Shown here: one piece after another, positions 1-9,924 of the stretch
Position numbering within the stretch: position 1 is the stretch's first letter
Layout: each line of letters begins with the position of its first letter
From: an uncultured Chloroflexia bacterium
GTDB lineage: Bacteria; Chloroflexota; Limnocylindria; Limnocylindrales; CSP1-4
Reading direction: 5' to 3'
DNA: 64,000 nt
NCBI GenBank assembly: GCA_963817095.1
Contig: CAWFND010000017.1
Location: 230,451-294,450, forward strand
Position numbers and translations under genes: made by a program
The notes under the pieces: generated by a model
What the model was told of the DNA's origin: nothing
Seen by the model: only the letters and a program-made list of their open reading frames with translations
Databases searched by the model: none

Positions 1-852
1 CAGCGGGCCGGTGCCGAACCAGGCGGACTCGGCCCGGAGGTTGTAGTTGTCCATGAACTGGGACTCGAAGCCCCACTGCTCGATGTTCGCCGCGTCGAAG
101 GCGGGGTCCGTGGCGTCCTTGCCGCTCTTGTCGACGGTGAGCTTCATCGCCAGGGTCCGAAGCGCGTCGAGGTCCCACGGCTTGCCGTCGTACGAATCAC
201 CGACCTTGGTCGGCGGGTACGGAAGCCCGGCCTCGTCGAACAGGTCCTGGTTGTAGAAGATCATCGACGGGTAGACGGCGAACGGCAGGCCGACGGTGGC
301 GCCGTTCTGGCCGAGCGAGTTGATGAGGTCGACGATCTTCGGGTCGACGCCCGTCGACTGGTAGTTGTTCTTCGCGATCAGCGGCTTGAGGTCGAGCAGC
401 TGGTCAGCGAAGGTATTGAGGCCCTCGACGCCCACCGGACCGATGATGTCCGGCGGGTTGCCGGCCGCGATCTCGGTCTTGAGGATCGTCGACGCCTGCG
501 TGTTGTCGACGATCTCGTACTGGATGTAGACGTCCTTCTGGGAGTTGTTGTAGGCGGTGATGAACGCCTGCTCCGGCCCGATCTGGGCCGGCTGCGTGCC
601 GGCGCCGAGGCCGATGAACCAGCGGACGACCGTGCCGCCGTTCGGGCCGGGGCCCGCGGCGACAGGCGCCGGGGTGATGAGCACCGTCGACGGCGACGGG
701 AGCGGCGTCTGCGTGGCCGCCGCCGCCTGGCTCGCGGCCGCGTTCGACGCGTTGGGGCTGGGTGACGCCGAGCTGCCGCACGCCCCGACCAGGATGGCCG
801 TGACGGCGAGACCTGCGAAGAGCTTCTTCGGTCCGGATCGTGTTTCGTGCAT
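1..852 (-). CDS. ABC transporter extracellular solute-binding lipoprotein (sugar-type SBP); C-terminus lies beyond the window edge
   Basis: Not in the ORF track because it is open at the window edge. Reverse-strand ATG at 850-852. I scanned triplets 1-852 and found no reverse-strand stop. Translation starts MHETRSGPKKLFAGLAVTAILVGACGSS (signal peptide plus lipobox Cys) and continues with SBP-like sequence (VVRWFIGLGAGTQPAQ, GNPPDIIGPVG, LPFAVYPSMIFYNQDLFDEAGLPYP). It lies directly downstream of a LacI gene on the same strand. Confidence 0.8.
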   Translation of the reverse strand, partial: MHETRSGPKKLFAGLAVTAILVGACGSSASPSPNASNAAASQAAAATQTPLPSPSTVLITPAPVAAGPGPNGGTVVRWFIGLGAGTQPAQIGPEQAFITAYNNSQKDVYIQYEIVDNTQASTILKTEIAAGNPPDIIGPVGVEGLNTFADQLLDLKPLIAKNNYQSTGVDPKIVDLINSLGQNGATVGLPFAVYPSMIFYNQDLFDEAGLPYPPTKVGDSYDGKPWDLDALRTLAMKLTVDKSGKDATDPAFDAANIEQWGFESQFMDNYNLRAESAWFGTGPL

Positions 853-968
853 CGCTCTGATCTCCTCCTCTGTGCTTCCCTTGACTCCGATCGATGTGGT
901 GCCTGGACTCCTGTGGACGAGATCCGCGCCGCCGAGCATCGGCGACGTCCTGCCGGGCGCCGGCCGGC

Positions 969-2018
969 TCAGGGCACGCGCCTCCCGGCGCTCGAGGCCC
1001 GACGAATGAGCTCCGTGGCGAGGATCACTCGCCGCTGGACGGAGTCCGTGCCCTCGACGGCATCGACCAGGAGGCGGGCCATCTCGTGGCCCATCTCCTC
1101 GATCGGCTGGCGGACGCTGGTGAGGCGGGGACGGACGGATGAGGCGACGGGCGAGTCGTCGTAGCCGACGACCGCGACGTCCTGGGGGATGCGGCGGTTC
1201 GCCGTCTCCAGGACGGCCATGGCGCCGGAGGCCATGAGGTCGGACGCGGCGAAGACCGCGTCGATGTCGGGGCGGGCGGCGAGCAGCCGCTCCATCGCGG
1301 CCGTGCCGCCTTCCAGGGTGAAGTCGCCCGTCGCCTCGAGGCTCGGGTCGACCGCGATCCCCGCGTCGCCGAGCGCCTCGCGATAGCCGGCGAGCCGGTC
1401 GACGCCGGCGCCCATGTCGACGGGGCCCGTGATGGTCGCGACGATCCGCCGACCGCCGGCGATCAGGTGCTCGACGGCGCTCCGGGCGCCGCCGCGGTTG
1501 TCGACGTCGACGAAGCTCGCGGCGGTGGTCCGCAGTGGCCGCCCGCCGACCACGAACGGGATGCCCGCCTTGGCGAGCCGGTCGGGGAGGGGGTCCTCGC
1601 CGTGGAGGCTGACGAGGAGCGTTCCGTCGACATGGCCGGCGGCGATGTAGTCCGCGGTCCGGTCTGTGTCCGTCGGGTTCTCCGGCATGAGCAGGACGAG
1701 CTGGAGATCGCGGGCGCTGAGGGCGCCGCTGATCCCCCGCAGGAGCCGTGGAAAGAACGGGTCGTTGAATAGCCGGCCGGGCGGCTCCGTGATCACGACG
1801 GCGATGGAACCGCTCCGCCGGGTGACCAGGCTGCGGGCCGCCCGATTGGGCACGTAGCCAAGCTCGCTGACCGCGGCCTCGACGGCGCGGCGGACATCCG
1901 GGCTGACCTTCGGCGAGCCGTTCACGACGCGAGAGACCGTGGCTCGCGAGACGCCGGCGCGCAGGGCGACCTCTTCGAGGGTCGTTCCGTTCCGTCGTGC
2001 TCGTGTGGCCAACCCCAT
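969..2018 (-). CDS. LacI/GalR family transcriptional regulator
   Basis: 349-aa ORF. N-terminal HTH TLEEVALRAGVSRATVSRVVNG is followed by a periplasmic-binding-fold sugar-sensor core typical of LacI family proteins. Confidence 0.9.
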   Translation of the reverse strand: MGLATRARRNGTTLEEVALRAGVSRATVSRVVNGSPKVSPDVRRAVEAAVSELGYVPNRAARSLVTRRSGSIAVVITEPPGRLFNDPFFPRLLRGISGALSARDLQLVLLMPENPTDTDRTADYIAAGHVDGTLLVSLHGEDPLPDRLAKAGIPFVVGGRPLRTTAASFVDVDNRGGARSAVEHLIAGGRRIVATITGPVDMGAGVDRLAGYREALGDAGIAVDPSLEATGDFTLEGGTAAMERLLAARPDIDAVFAASDLMASGAMAVLETANRRIPQDVAVVGYDDSPVASSVRPRLTSVRQPIEEMGHEMARLLVDAVEGTDSVQRRVILATELIRRASSAGRRVP

Positions 2019-2034
2019 GTCGATCGCGTCTCCT

Positions 2035-2050
2035 GTGAGAGCGCTCTCAC
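2035..2050. promoter_or_regulatory. LacI-type palindromic operator (O1)
   Basis: Perfect 16-bp palindrome GTGAGAGCGCTCTCAC beginning 17 bp upstream of the LacI start codon (2018). Its shape matches LacI/GalR operators. Confidence 0.6.
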
Positions 2051-2080
2051 GCTCAGGACACCACCATAACAGGGATTGTC

Positions 2081-2096
2081 AAGAGAGCGCTCTCAC
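2081..2096. promoter_or_regulatory. Second, imperfect LacI-type operator (O2)
   Basis: AAGAGAGCGCTCTCAC shares the 12-bp palindromic core GAGAGCGCTCTC with O1. The left half has 2 mismatches. Centre-to-centre distance to O1 is 46 bp. Confidence 0.45.
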
Positions 2097-2407
2097 ACAT
2101 GATCTCGCGAGTTCACGGGCGGGGGTCGCCACCGTTTCAGGGCCGACCCATCGTTCGGGTCGAACGGCTCGCGCGCATCCCCCAGATGCATGAGATCTCG
2201 TGCGGGCGTGGCGGCCCCCCGTGCCGACTTCGCGCCCATGGCCCTGGGCCATCCACGGAGGTTCCCGGGCGCGCCAAACGGAACGCCGACGCACGGTCCG
2301 GTCCGCGCGCCAGGCCGGCCCGGGCCCGCACGCGGTCCGACGATGGCTCAGGCCCATCAGCGCGAAGGCTGACATCCCGCGACGGGACCCTGTGCGAAAC
2401 TTCGGCG

Positions 2408-3901
2408 ATGGTCGACGCCGCCGAGCCTGCCGCGACGGGAACCGATGCGCTCGACCGCTACGAGGCGGTCATCGGCATCGAGGTCCACTGCCAGCTGAAG
2501 ACGGCCTCGAAGATGTTCTGCGGGTGCTCGAACGCCTATGCCGATGCGCCCCCCAACACGCACGTGTGTCCCGTCTGCCTCGGACTGCCCGGCACGCTGC
2601 CGACGATCAACCGGCGGGCGGTCGAGCATGTCCTTGCGACCGGGGTGGCGATCGGGGCGGAGACGCCGCCCGCGACGCGCTGGGACCGGAAGAACTACTT
2701 CTACCCGGACCTGCCGAAGGGCTATCAGATCAGCCAGTACGACCTGCCTCTCGCGGCCCATGGCCGGCTGACGTTCCAGACATCCGGCGGTGAGGTCACG
2801 ATCGGGATCACCCGAGCCCACCTCGAGGAGGACACGGCGAAGCTCGTCCACGGGACGGATGCGACCGGCCGCCGCGTGAGCCTCGTCGACTTCAACCGGT
2901 CCGGTGCGCCGTTGATGGAGATCGTCACGGATCCTGACGTCCGGACCGCCGAGCAGGCACGCCGTTATGCCGAGGAGCTCCAGGCGGTCCTCCGGGCGAT
3001 CGGGGCCAGCGACGCCGACATGGAACGCGGCCAGATGCGCGTGGAGGCGAACGTGTCCCTCCGCCCACGCGGGACGGAGCCGTTCGGGATCCGGGTCGAG
3101 GTCAAGAACATGAACTCGTTCCGGTCCGTGGAGCGGGCGATCGCCTACGAGATCGAGCGCCAGGCGGTTGCCCTCGACGCCGGCGAGACCTTGACCCAGG
3201 ACACGCGTGGCTGGAACGAGGACCGCGGCACGACCTACGTGATGCGGTCGAAGGAGGACAGCCACGACTACCGCTATTTCCCGGAGCCCGACCTGCCGCC
3301 GCTCCGCGTCGACGCGGCATGGCTCGCGGCGATCCGCGACGCGCTGCCGGAGCTGCCGAGCGATCGGCGCGCGCGATACGAGCGGGACCTCGGGCTGTCG
3401 GCCTACGACGCCGCCGTGATCGTCGGCGAGCCAAAGGCGAGCGAGCTGTTCGAGGCCGCGCGGGCCGCGGCGCCGTCGCTCGACCCGAAGGCGCTCGCCA
3501 ACTGGGTGACCGGGTCGTTTCTCGGGTTGCTGCGGGCCGATCCGGACGCGGCGGCGCGGGTGGACGCCGGGCAGCTCGCCGACCTCGTCGGCCGGGTCGC
3601 CGGTGGCGAGCTGTCCGGGACGAACGCCAAGGAGGTGTTTGCCGCGCACGCTGCCGACGGGTCGACGGTCGCGTCGATCGTGGATTCGCGGGGCCTGCGC
3701 CAGATCTCGGACGCGTCCGCTCTGGGCTCGGTCGTCGACGAGGTGATCGCCGCCAACCCCCGCGCGGTCGACGACTACCGGTCCGGCAAGCCCGTGCTCG
3801 GCTTCTTCGTCGGGCAGGTGATGAAGGCGACCCGCGGCCAGGCGAATGCCTCCCTGGTGCAGGAGGCGGTCCGCGCCCGGCTCGACAAGCTCGGCGGCTG
3901 A
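2408..3901 (+). CDS. gatB: Asp-tRNA(Asn)/Glu-tRNA(Gln) amidotransferase subunit B
   Basis: Lies inside ORF 2099-3901. The conserved GatB N-terminus (YEAVIGIEVHCQLKT, then CPVCLGLPGTLP) starts about 15 aa after ATG 2408. The 103 upstream codons are Arg/Pro-rich with no GatB-like sequence. C-terminal GatB/YqeY-like tail is present. Confidence 0.93.
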   Translation: MVDAAEPAATGTDALDRYEAVIGIEVHCQLKTASKMFCGCSNAYADAPPNTHVCPVCLGLPGTLPTINRRAVEHVLATGVAIGAETPPATRWDRKNYFYPDLPKGYQISQYDLPLAAHGRLTFQTSGGEVTIGITRAHLEEDTAKLVHGTDATGRRVSLVDFNRSGAPLMEIVTDPDVRTAEQARRYAEELQAVLRAIGASDADMERGQMRVEANVSLRPRGTEPFGIRVEVKNMNSFRSVERAIAYEIERQAVALDAGETLTQDTRGWNEDRGTTYVMRSKEDSHDYRYFPEPDLPPLRVDAAWLAAIRDALPELPSDRRARYERDLGLSAYDAAVIVGEPKASELFEAARAAAPSLDPKALANWVTGSFLGLLRADPDAAARVDAGQLADLVGRVAGGELSGTNAKEVFAAHAADGSTVASIVDSRGLRQISDASALGSVVDEVIAANPRAVDDYRSGKPVLGFFVGQVMKATRGQANASLVQEAVRARLDKLGG

Positions 3902-4173
3902 TGGGCCTCGTCAACATCGCCCTCTGGCTCGGCGGCGTGGTCCTGGTGGCGCTCGGCTACAGCAGGGCGCGACGCCCGTGGGCGCGCTACCAGGCCCTGA
4001 AGGAGCAGGACGCCAACGCCGAGCGGTACAACGCCTGGCGCGGCGGGGTCCGGGACGACTCGAAGACCGGCGCGTCGGTGGCGATGGCGATCCTCCGCCG
4101 GCAGACCCAGCAATGGGGCCTGGTCGCGATCGCCGGCTTCGTCCTGATCTTCCTCGGGTTCCTGATCCGATAG
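3901..4173 (+). CDS. Small two-helix membrane protein, unknown function
   Basis: ATG 3901 shares its A with the gatB stop (TGATG). 90 aa with two hydrophobic segments (VNIALWLGGVVLVALGY and WGLVAIAGFVLIFLGFLI). It is the in-frame tail of track ORF 3319-4173. Confidence 0.5.
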   Translation: MGLVNIALWLGGVVLVALGYSRARRPWARYQALKEQDANAERYNAWRGGVRDDSKTGASVAMAILRRQTQQWGLVAIAGFVLIFLGFLIR

Positions 4174-4204
4174 GTCGCCTCGGCCACCGCGATCGAGTGC
4201 GAAG

Positions 4205-4721
4205 CTACCGACCGCGGATCCGGCGGTGCTCGATCGCGGTGCAGCGGTCCATGACGACCGCGAGCCCGCCGTCGTGGGCGATCCGGGCGGCCTCCCAATT
4301 GACGACGCCGAGCTGGAGCCACAGGCAGCGCGCCCCCATCTCGACCGCCTCGCGGGCGTGCGGCACGCAGAGCTCCGAGCGGCGGAACACGTCGACGATG
4401 TCGACCGGACCGCTCGCCTCGACCGCCTCGCGCAAGGTGCGGAACGCGGGGACGCCGAGGATCGACCGTTCGGCCGGGTTGACCGGGACGCATTCGTAGC
4501 CCTGGTGGAGCGAGGTACCGGAAGACCCCGAAGGAGGGACGCGACTCGTTCGACGACGCCCCGATGACCGCGATCCGCCGCGCGTCCCGCAGCAGCGTGC
4601 CCGCGGCTTCCCCGTCGAGCACCGGGACCGGCCCTCGGCCCTCCTCGAGATCGAGGTACGCGATCGCCCGGGCGCGCTCGACGGCGCGGCGTGCGGCTCG
4701 GTCGGCGGTCTCGTCGGTCAT
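4205..4721 (-). CDS. CoA-binding domain protein (YccU-like), interrupted by an apparent 1-nt insertion
   Basis: The N-terminal piece (MTDETADRAARR...RRIAVIGASSNESRPSFGVFRYL) lies in the frame of ORF 3987-5039. The C-terminal piece (LHQGYECVPVNPAERSILGVPAFRTLREAVEASGPVDIVDVFRRSE...) is ORF 4205-4435 extended upstream. The two join if 1 nt is removed near 4508-4514. The span is 517 nt (3n+1). The start ATG overlaps the P450 stop (ATGA at 4718-4721). Confidence 0.7.
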
Positions 4722-5965
4722 GCCCGGACCCGGATCGCCTCGAGCCCGCGGAGGACCCAGCGTGGCTTCCAGCGCGGCTCCTCGACGAGCTCCAGGCGGG
4801 GCATCGACTCGAGCATCTGGCGGAAGAGGATGTCGAACTCGACCTTGGCCAGCGGCGCCCCGAGGCAGTAGTGGATCCCCGCCCCGAACGACAGGTACGG
4901 ATTCGGGCTGCGGTCGAGGACGATCTCGTCCGGCCGGTCGAACGCGGCCGGGTCCCGGTTCGCCGCGGCGAACTGGAGCGCCAGCTCCTCGCCACGCGGG
5001 ATCGTGACGCCGTGGAGCTCGATGTCCTCGAGGACCCATCGCTCGAACATCGGGGCCGGCGTGTCGAACCTGAGGAGCTCCTCGATCGCGGTCGGGACGA
5101 GCGACGGCTCCGCCCGCAGTGCCGCGAGCGACCCGGGCTCCCGGAACAGGGCATACCAGGAGTTCGCGGCGCCGTTGACCGACGCCTCGTGCCCGGCGTT
5201 GAGGAGGAGGACTGCCGTTCCGATCAGCTCGCCCTCGGTCAGGCGGTCTCCGCCCGTCTCGACGACGGCGGCGAGCTCGCTGAGCAGGTCGTCACCCGGT
5301 CGCCGTCCCCGGGTCCGGACGAGATCCCGGAGATAGCGCTCGAAGGCGGCGCTGGCGTCGGTCGCCCGGCGCTGCATCTCGGGTGACGGGTTCAGCTCGA
5401 ACATCAGGGTCATGTCGGCCGACCACGGCCGAAGCAGGTGGCGATCAGCCTCGGGGATCCCGAGCAGCTCCGCGATCACGGTGACGGGCACCAGCTCCAT
5501 CAAGTCGGCGATCAGGTCGAACTCGCCCTGCTCCCGGGCGGAGGCGACGACGCGGGCGACGATCGTCTCGATCCGTGGCCGCAGGCCCTCGACCGTCCGC
5601 GGCGTGAACGCCTTCGTCACCAGCCGCCGGAGCCGGGTGTGGTCGGGCGGCTCCATGTCGATCATCTGGAGGTCGAGGAGGTCCCAGAACGGCGCCTGAT
5701 CGAGCGGCGGAGCCGTCCGGCCCCACGCCTCGTGGGTCGCCACATGGCGGTACGTCCGCCCGAGACGGCGGTCCCGGAGCAGCGCGTTGACGTCCGCATG
5801 GCGCGACACGAGCCACTGGTTCGTCCGGTCGTCGTGAACGAGCGGTGCGTCGTCGCGGAGGCGGGCGAGCGCCGGGTACGGGTCGGCGACGAAGGCAGGA
5901 TCCCACGGGTCGTAGCCGAGGCTCGCCGGGGTCGCGGAGCCGGGGGGTCCGAGGTCGGTGGGCAT
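4718..5965 (-). CDS. Cytochrome P450
   Basis: 415 aa from ATG 5963-5965, inside track ORF 4718-7258. Heme loop FGAGIHYCLGAPLA, EXXR motif (EELLRF) and I-helix LLLNAGHEAS are present. Confidence 0.92.
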   Translation of the reverse strand: MPTDLGPPGSATPASLGYDPWDPAFVADPYPALARLRDDAPLVHDDRTNQWLVSRHADVNALLRDRRLGRTYRHVATHEAWGRTAPPLDQAPFWDLLDLQMIDMEPPDHTRLRRLVTKAFTPRTVEGLRPRIETIVARVVASAREQGEFDLIADLMELVPVTVIAELLGIPEADRHLLRPWSADMTLMFELNPSPEMQRRATDASAAFERYLRDLVRTRGRRPGDDLLSELAAVVETGGDRLTEGELIGTAVLLLNAGHEASVNGAANSWYALFREPGSLAALRAEPSLVPTAIEELLRFDTPAPMFERWVLEDIELHGVTIPRGEELALQFAAANRDPAAFDRPDEIVLDRSPNPYLSFGAGIHYCLGAPLAKVEFDILFRQMLESMPRLELVEEPRWKPRWVLRGLEAIRVRA

Positions 5966-5988
5966 CGCGATGCGTTCCTGGCGGCCGC

Positions 5989-7065
5989 TCAGGCGGTCGC
6001 CTCTCGCTCGTACGGCTGGCCGTCCGCCGCCGGCGGGATGCTCCGACCGATCAGTCCCGCGACGACGATGATCGTGACGATGTAGGGCAGAGCGTCCCAG
6101 AACTGGCCCGGGATGGACACGAGGAGCTGGCCGAGCTGTCCCGATGGCGTGGCGAACGTGATCGATTGGGAGATCGTCTGGGACGAGGCGAAGAGGAGCG
6201 CGGCGCCGAATGCTCCGAGCGGTGTCCATCGGCCGATGATCATCGCGGCCAGGCCGATGAAGCCGCGCCCGGCGGTCATGCCCTCCTGGAACGAGTTCGT
6301 CAGCTCCATGCTCAGCGACGCGCCGCCGATCCCCGCGAGCATCCCGCCGATCACCACGTTCCGGTAGCGGACGTGGATGACGTCGATGCCGACCGTCTCG
6401 GCGGCCTTCGGATGCTCGCCGATGGCCCGCGTCCGCAGCCCCCAGCGCGATCGGAACAGCAGCACCTGGAGGATGACGACGATCACGAGGACCGACATCG
6501 TGATCGGACCCTGGTTCAGGAACATGTTGAACAGCCAGCCGACGAGCGGGATGTCCACGAGCCACGCCGGCGGCACGAACTGGGTGAAGGCGCCCGCGCT
6601 CGTCGGTGAGTTCCTCGAGATGAGCTCGTTCAGGTAGCCGGTGATGCCGAAGGCGGCGATGTTGATGATCGTGCCGCTGATGATCTGATCGGCCCGGACC
6701 GTGATCGATAGCCACGCGTGCAGCAGCGCGACCACCATCGCCGACACGAGGGCGGCAGCGAAGGCGATCAGCAGGGCCGGCGTGAACCCGAAGATCGGTG
6801 AGGGGTCCGCGGGGATCAGGGGGGCCACCGCGACGCCGACAACCCAGCCGACGAACGCCGCCACCAGCATCGTCCCCTCGATCCCGATGTTCACGACGCC
6901 CGACCGTTCGCAGACGACGCCGCACATGGCGGCCAGGGTGATCGGCGCCGCCACCCGCAGCATGATCGGCGCAACGATCGGCAGGACCCCGATCAGGTAT
7001 CCGACGAACTCGAAGACGAGCCCGAGGACGGGGATCGAATAGAGGGCGTTGATGAGGACGTCCAT
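5989..7065 (-). CDS. ABC transporter permease (BMP/nucleoside-type importer, second permease)
   Basis: 358 aa from ATG 7063-7065 (MDVLINALYSIPVLGLVFEF...), inside track ORF 5989-8286. Polytopic membrane protein. Its start overlaps the upstream permease stop. Confidence 0.88.
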   Translation of the reverse strand: MDVLINALYSIPVLGLVFEFVGYLIGVLPIVAPIMLRVAAPITLAAMCGVVCERSGVVNIGIEGTMLVAAFVGWVVGVAVAPLIPADPSPIFGFTPALLIAFAAALVSAMVVALLHAWLSITVRADQIISGTIINIAAFGITGYLNELISRNSPTSAGAFTQFVPPAWLVDIPLVGWLFNMFLNQGPITMSVLVIVVILQVLLFRSRWGLRTRAIGEHPKAAETVGIDVIHVRYRNVVIGGMLAGIGGASLSMELTNSFQEGMTAGRGFIGLAAMIIGRWTPLGAFGAALLFASSQTISQSITFATPSGQLGQLLVSIPGQFWDALPYIVTIIVVAGLIGRSIPPAADGQPYEREATA

Positions 7066-8246
7066 CAGGCTGCGGGCGCCTCGCCGCTGCCGTAGGACTT
7101 GGTGAACGTCCCGGGCGCGTCGATCCCGGACTTCGCGCCACGGATCTTGAAGACGCGCTGGAGGACCGGCGTGGCGACCAGGAAGAGCAGGATCGTGGCC
7201 TGGAGGACGTCGACGAGCTGGGCCGGGATGCCGGCGTTGATCTGCATGAGCGGCGCACCGGACCGCATCGCCCCGAAGAGCAGGGCGGAGAACAGGATCC
7301 CGACTGGGTTCGAGCGCCCGAGGAGTGCGACCGCGATCGAGTCGAACCCGACCGTCGTGCCGTACGAGCTGGTCACGTGGTGCTGGACGCCGAGGACGTC
7401 GCCGGTGCCGGCGAGACCGGCCAATGCCCCACAGATCGTCATCGTGACGACGATCAGTTGCCTGGGTCGCATCCCCGCGTAGCGCGCCGCGTCCGGGTTG
7501 GCACCGGCCGTCCGGATCTCGAACCCGAACGTCGTCCGATACAGGATGAAGCTGACGATCCCGACCATCGCCAACGCGACGAGCAGACCGAAGTGGCCGT
7601 TCCGGCCGACGAGGATCGGGTAGGCGGAGTTGCCGACGTCCGGTGTGATCGGCGACGGCGCGCCGGGCACCGCCAGGACGCCCGCGACCACCGCCGCGAA
7701 CAGGCTGATCGCGACGTAGTTCAGCATGATCGTCGTCACGACCTCGTGGGCGCCGGACACCGCTTTCAGGATCCCGGGGATGAACCCCCAGAACCCACCG
7801 GCCGCGGTTCCACCGAGGACCGCCAGCGGAATGGCGATGATCGGCGGCTGCCCACCGACGAGGACCGCCACGGAGACTGCGCCGAGCGCGCCCATGAGGA
7901 ACTGGCCCTGCGCACCGATGTTGAACAGGCCGGCCTTGAACCCGAACCCGACCGACAACCCGCCCAGGATGAGGGGCGCCGTCGAGACCAGCGTGCTGAC
8001 GATCGCGTTGAGGTTCGGCGGAATGCCGATCGCGCCGTCGAGGAGGGCCCCATACGCCTTCAGGGGCAGCAGCGGATCGAACGTCTGGCCGGGGATCACG
8101 AGCTCCGAGGCGAGGATCACGCCCGCGCCGACGATCAGGGCCAGGACGATCGACACGAGCGGCAGGGCGATCAGGGACCACAGGCGCGAGGCTGCGCTCC
8201 GCTGCGTCGGGACCGGACCGGGAGCGGCCGTGGGTGCGGCGGTCAC
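7065..8246 (-). CDS. ABC transporter permease (BMP/nucleoside-type importer, first permease)
   Basis: 393-aa polytopic ORF. It overlaps the ATPase gene stop by 4 nt. Confidence 0.88.
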   Translation of the reverse strand: MTAAPTAAPGPVPTQRSAASRLWSLIALPLVSIVLALIVGAGVILASELVIPGQTFDPLLPLKAYGALLDGAIGIPPNLNAIVSTLVSTAPLILGGLSVGFGFKAGLFNIGAQGQFLMGALGAVSVAVLVGGQPPIIAIPLAVLGGTAAGGFWGFIPGILKAVSGAHEVVTTIMLNYVAISLFAAVVAGVLAVPGAPSPITPDVGNSAYPILVGRNGHFGLLVALAMVGIVSFILYRTTFGFEIRTAGANPDAARYAGMRPRQLIVVTMTICGALAGLAGTGDVLGVQHHVTSSYGTTVGFDSIAVALLGRSNPVGILFSALLFGAMRSGAPLMQINAGIPAQLVDVLQATILLFLVATPVLQRVFKIRGAKSGIDAPGTFTKSYGSGEAPAA

Positions 8247-9835
8247 GCGGAGGCCTCCTCGATCGGAGCGGCCGACCGGTCGCCACGGCCGCCAGTCGCC
8301 ATCAACAGGCCGATCTCGTTCTTGTCGGCGGTTCGACCGTCGCGGATCGCGACCACCTGGCCGCGGTACATCACCGCGATGCGATCGGACAGCTCGAGGA
8401 CCTCGTCCAGCTCGGCCGACACGAGGAGGATCGCTGCCCCGGCGTCGCGCTGGGCGATCGTCCGTCGGTGGATGAACTCGATGCTGCCGACATCCAGGCC
8501 GCGCGTCGGCTGGTCGAGGATCAGCAGGCTCAGCTTGCGATCGAACTCCCGACCCACGACGACCTTCTGCTGGTTCCCGCCCGACAGCGTATTCACGCGA
8601 CTCCGGACCGAGGGTGTTCGGATGTCGAAGGCGCTGCTCGTGACCTTTGCGGCTTCCTCGATCGCGTCTTCGTTCCTGAGGATCCCGCGCGTGGCATAGG
8701 GCGATCGGTAGTAGCTCGTGAGGACGAGGTTGTCGGCGATGTCGAAGGACAGGACGAGGCCGAATCGGTGGCGGTCCGCCGGAACGAACGCCACCCCCGC
8801 CTCGTTGAGGTGGCGCGGGCCCTTGCCGGTGACGTCCTCGCCCTCGAGGACCACGCGGCCGCTCGTGGGCTTGCGCAGGCCGACGAGCGCCTCGACCAGC
8901 TCGTCCTGGCCGTTGCCGACAACGCCGGCAATCCCGAGGATCTCGCCCGCTCGGACCTCGAGATCGACGCCCCGGACGACCTCGGTGCCGCGATCGTCGG
9001 CGACCTTGAGGCCCTCCACGACGAGCGTGACCTCGGCCGGGTGCGACTCGCCACGGTCGACGATGAGCTGGACCTCTCGTCCGACCATGAGCTCCGCGAG
9101 ATCGTCCTCGTCCGTCTCGGATGGCAGGCGCTGGCCGACGACCTTGCCCCGCCGGATCACCGTGATGCGATCGGCGATCTCGAGGACTTCGTAGAGCTTG
9201 TGGCTGATGAAGACGATGCTGTGGCCCGCCGCGGCAAGCCCTCGCAGCACCGCGAAGATCTCCTCTGTCTCCTGGGGCGTCAGGACCGCCGTCGGCTCGT
9301 CGAGGACGAGGATGCGGGCCTGGCGGTAGAGGGCCTTGAGGATCTCGACGCGCTGTTGCCAGCCCACAGACAGGGTGCCGACCTTCGCGTCCGGATCGAT
9401 GTCGAAGTGGAAGCGTTGCCCGAGCTCGCGGATCCGCTTCCTGGCCTCTCGCTGGTCGATGAAGACCGGGTTGGCCATCGTCTCCTCGCCGAGGAGGATG
9501 TTGTCGGCGACGGTCAGGACCGGGACGAGCATGAAGTGCTGGTGAACCATGCTGATCCCGCGGGCGATCGCGTCCGAGGGGCCGCTGATCTGGACGGGCT
9601 CGCCGTCGAGGCGGATCTCTCCCTCATCCGGCCGGGCGAGGCCGTAGAGGATGTTCATCAGCGTCGTCTTGCCGGCGCCGTTCTCGCCGAGCAGGGCGTG
9701 GATCTCCCCCGGCCGGACGTCCAGGTCGATGTGATCGTTCGCCACCACACCCGGGTAGCGCTTCGTGATGCCGCGCATCTCGAGCGCCGGCGCGGTGATC
9801 GGCTCGATCGGGGCAGTCGGGGACTCGGTCACCAT
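8243..9835 (-). CDS. ABC transporter ATP-binding protein with two fused ABC domains
   Basis: 530 aa. Walker A GENGAGKTT in the first domain, two ABC signature/Walker B sets (LSVGWQQRVEIL...LVLDEPT and LSGGNQQKVVV...LILDQPTRGLD). Confidence 0.93.
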   Translation of the reverse strand: MVTESPTAPIEPITAPALEMRGITKRYPGVVANDHIDLDVRPGEIHALLGENGAGKTTLMNILYGLARPDEGEIRLDGEPVQISGPSDAIARGISMVHQHFMLVPVLTVADNILLGEETMANPVFIDQREARKRIRELGQRFHFDIDPDAKVGTLSVGWQQRVEILKALYRQARILVLDEPTAVLTPQETEEIFAVLRGLAAAGHSIVFISHKLYEVLEIADRITVIRRGKVVGQRLPSETDEDDLAELMVGREVQLIVDRGESHPAEVTLVVEGLKVADDRGTEVVRGVDLEVRAGEILGIAGVVGNGQDELVEALVGLRKPTSGRVVLEGEDVTGKGPRHLNEAGVAFVPADRHRFGLVLSFDIADNLVLTSYYRSPYATRGILRNEDAIEEAAKVTSSAFDIRTPSVRSRVNTLSGGNQQKVVVGREFDRKLSLLILDQPTRGLDVGSIEFIHRRTIAQRDAGAAILLVSAELDEVLELSDRIAVMYRGQVVAIRDGRTADKNEIGLLMATGGRGDRSAAPIEEASA

Positions 9836-9924
9836 CGAGGCCTCGCGAGAATCAGGCGCGGAACAGTGACGAGCGGACCGGCCCGGAGGGCGCGGCCCGC
9901 TCGTCGAGGGTCACATGGAGTCGG

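Noticed and set aside
2099-2407. A 103-codon N-terminal extension of gatB, as in the track ORF.
   Set aside because: The extension is Arg/Pro-rich, and the conserved GatB N-terminus begins right after ATG 2408. The region is better treated as intergenic with the LacI operators at its left end.
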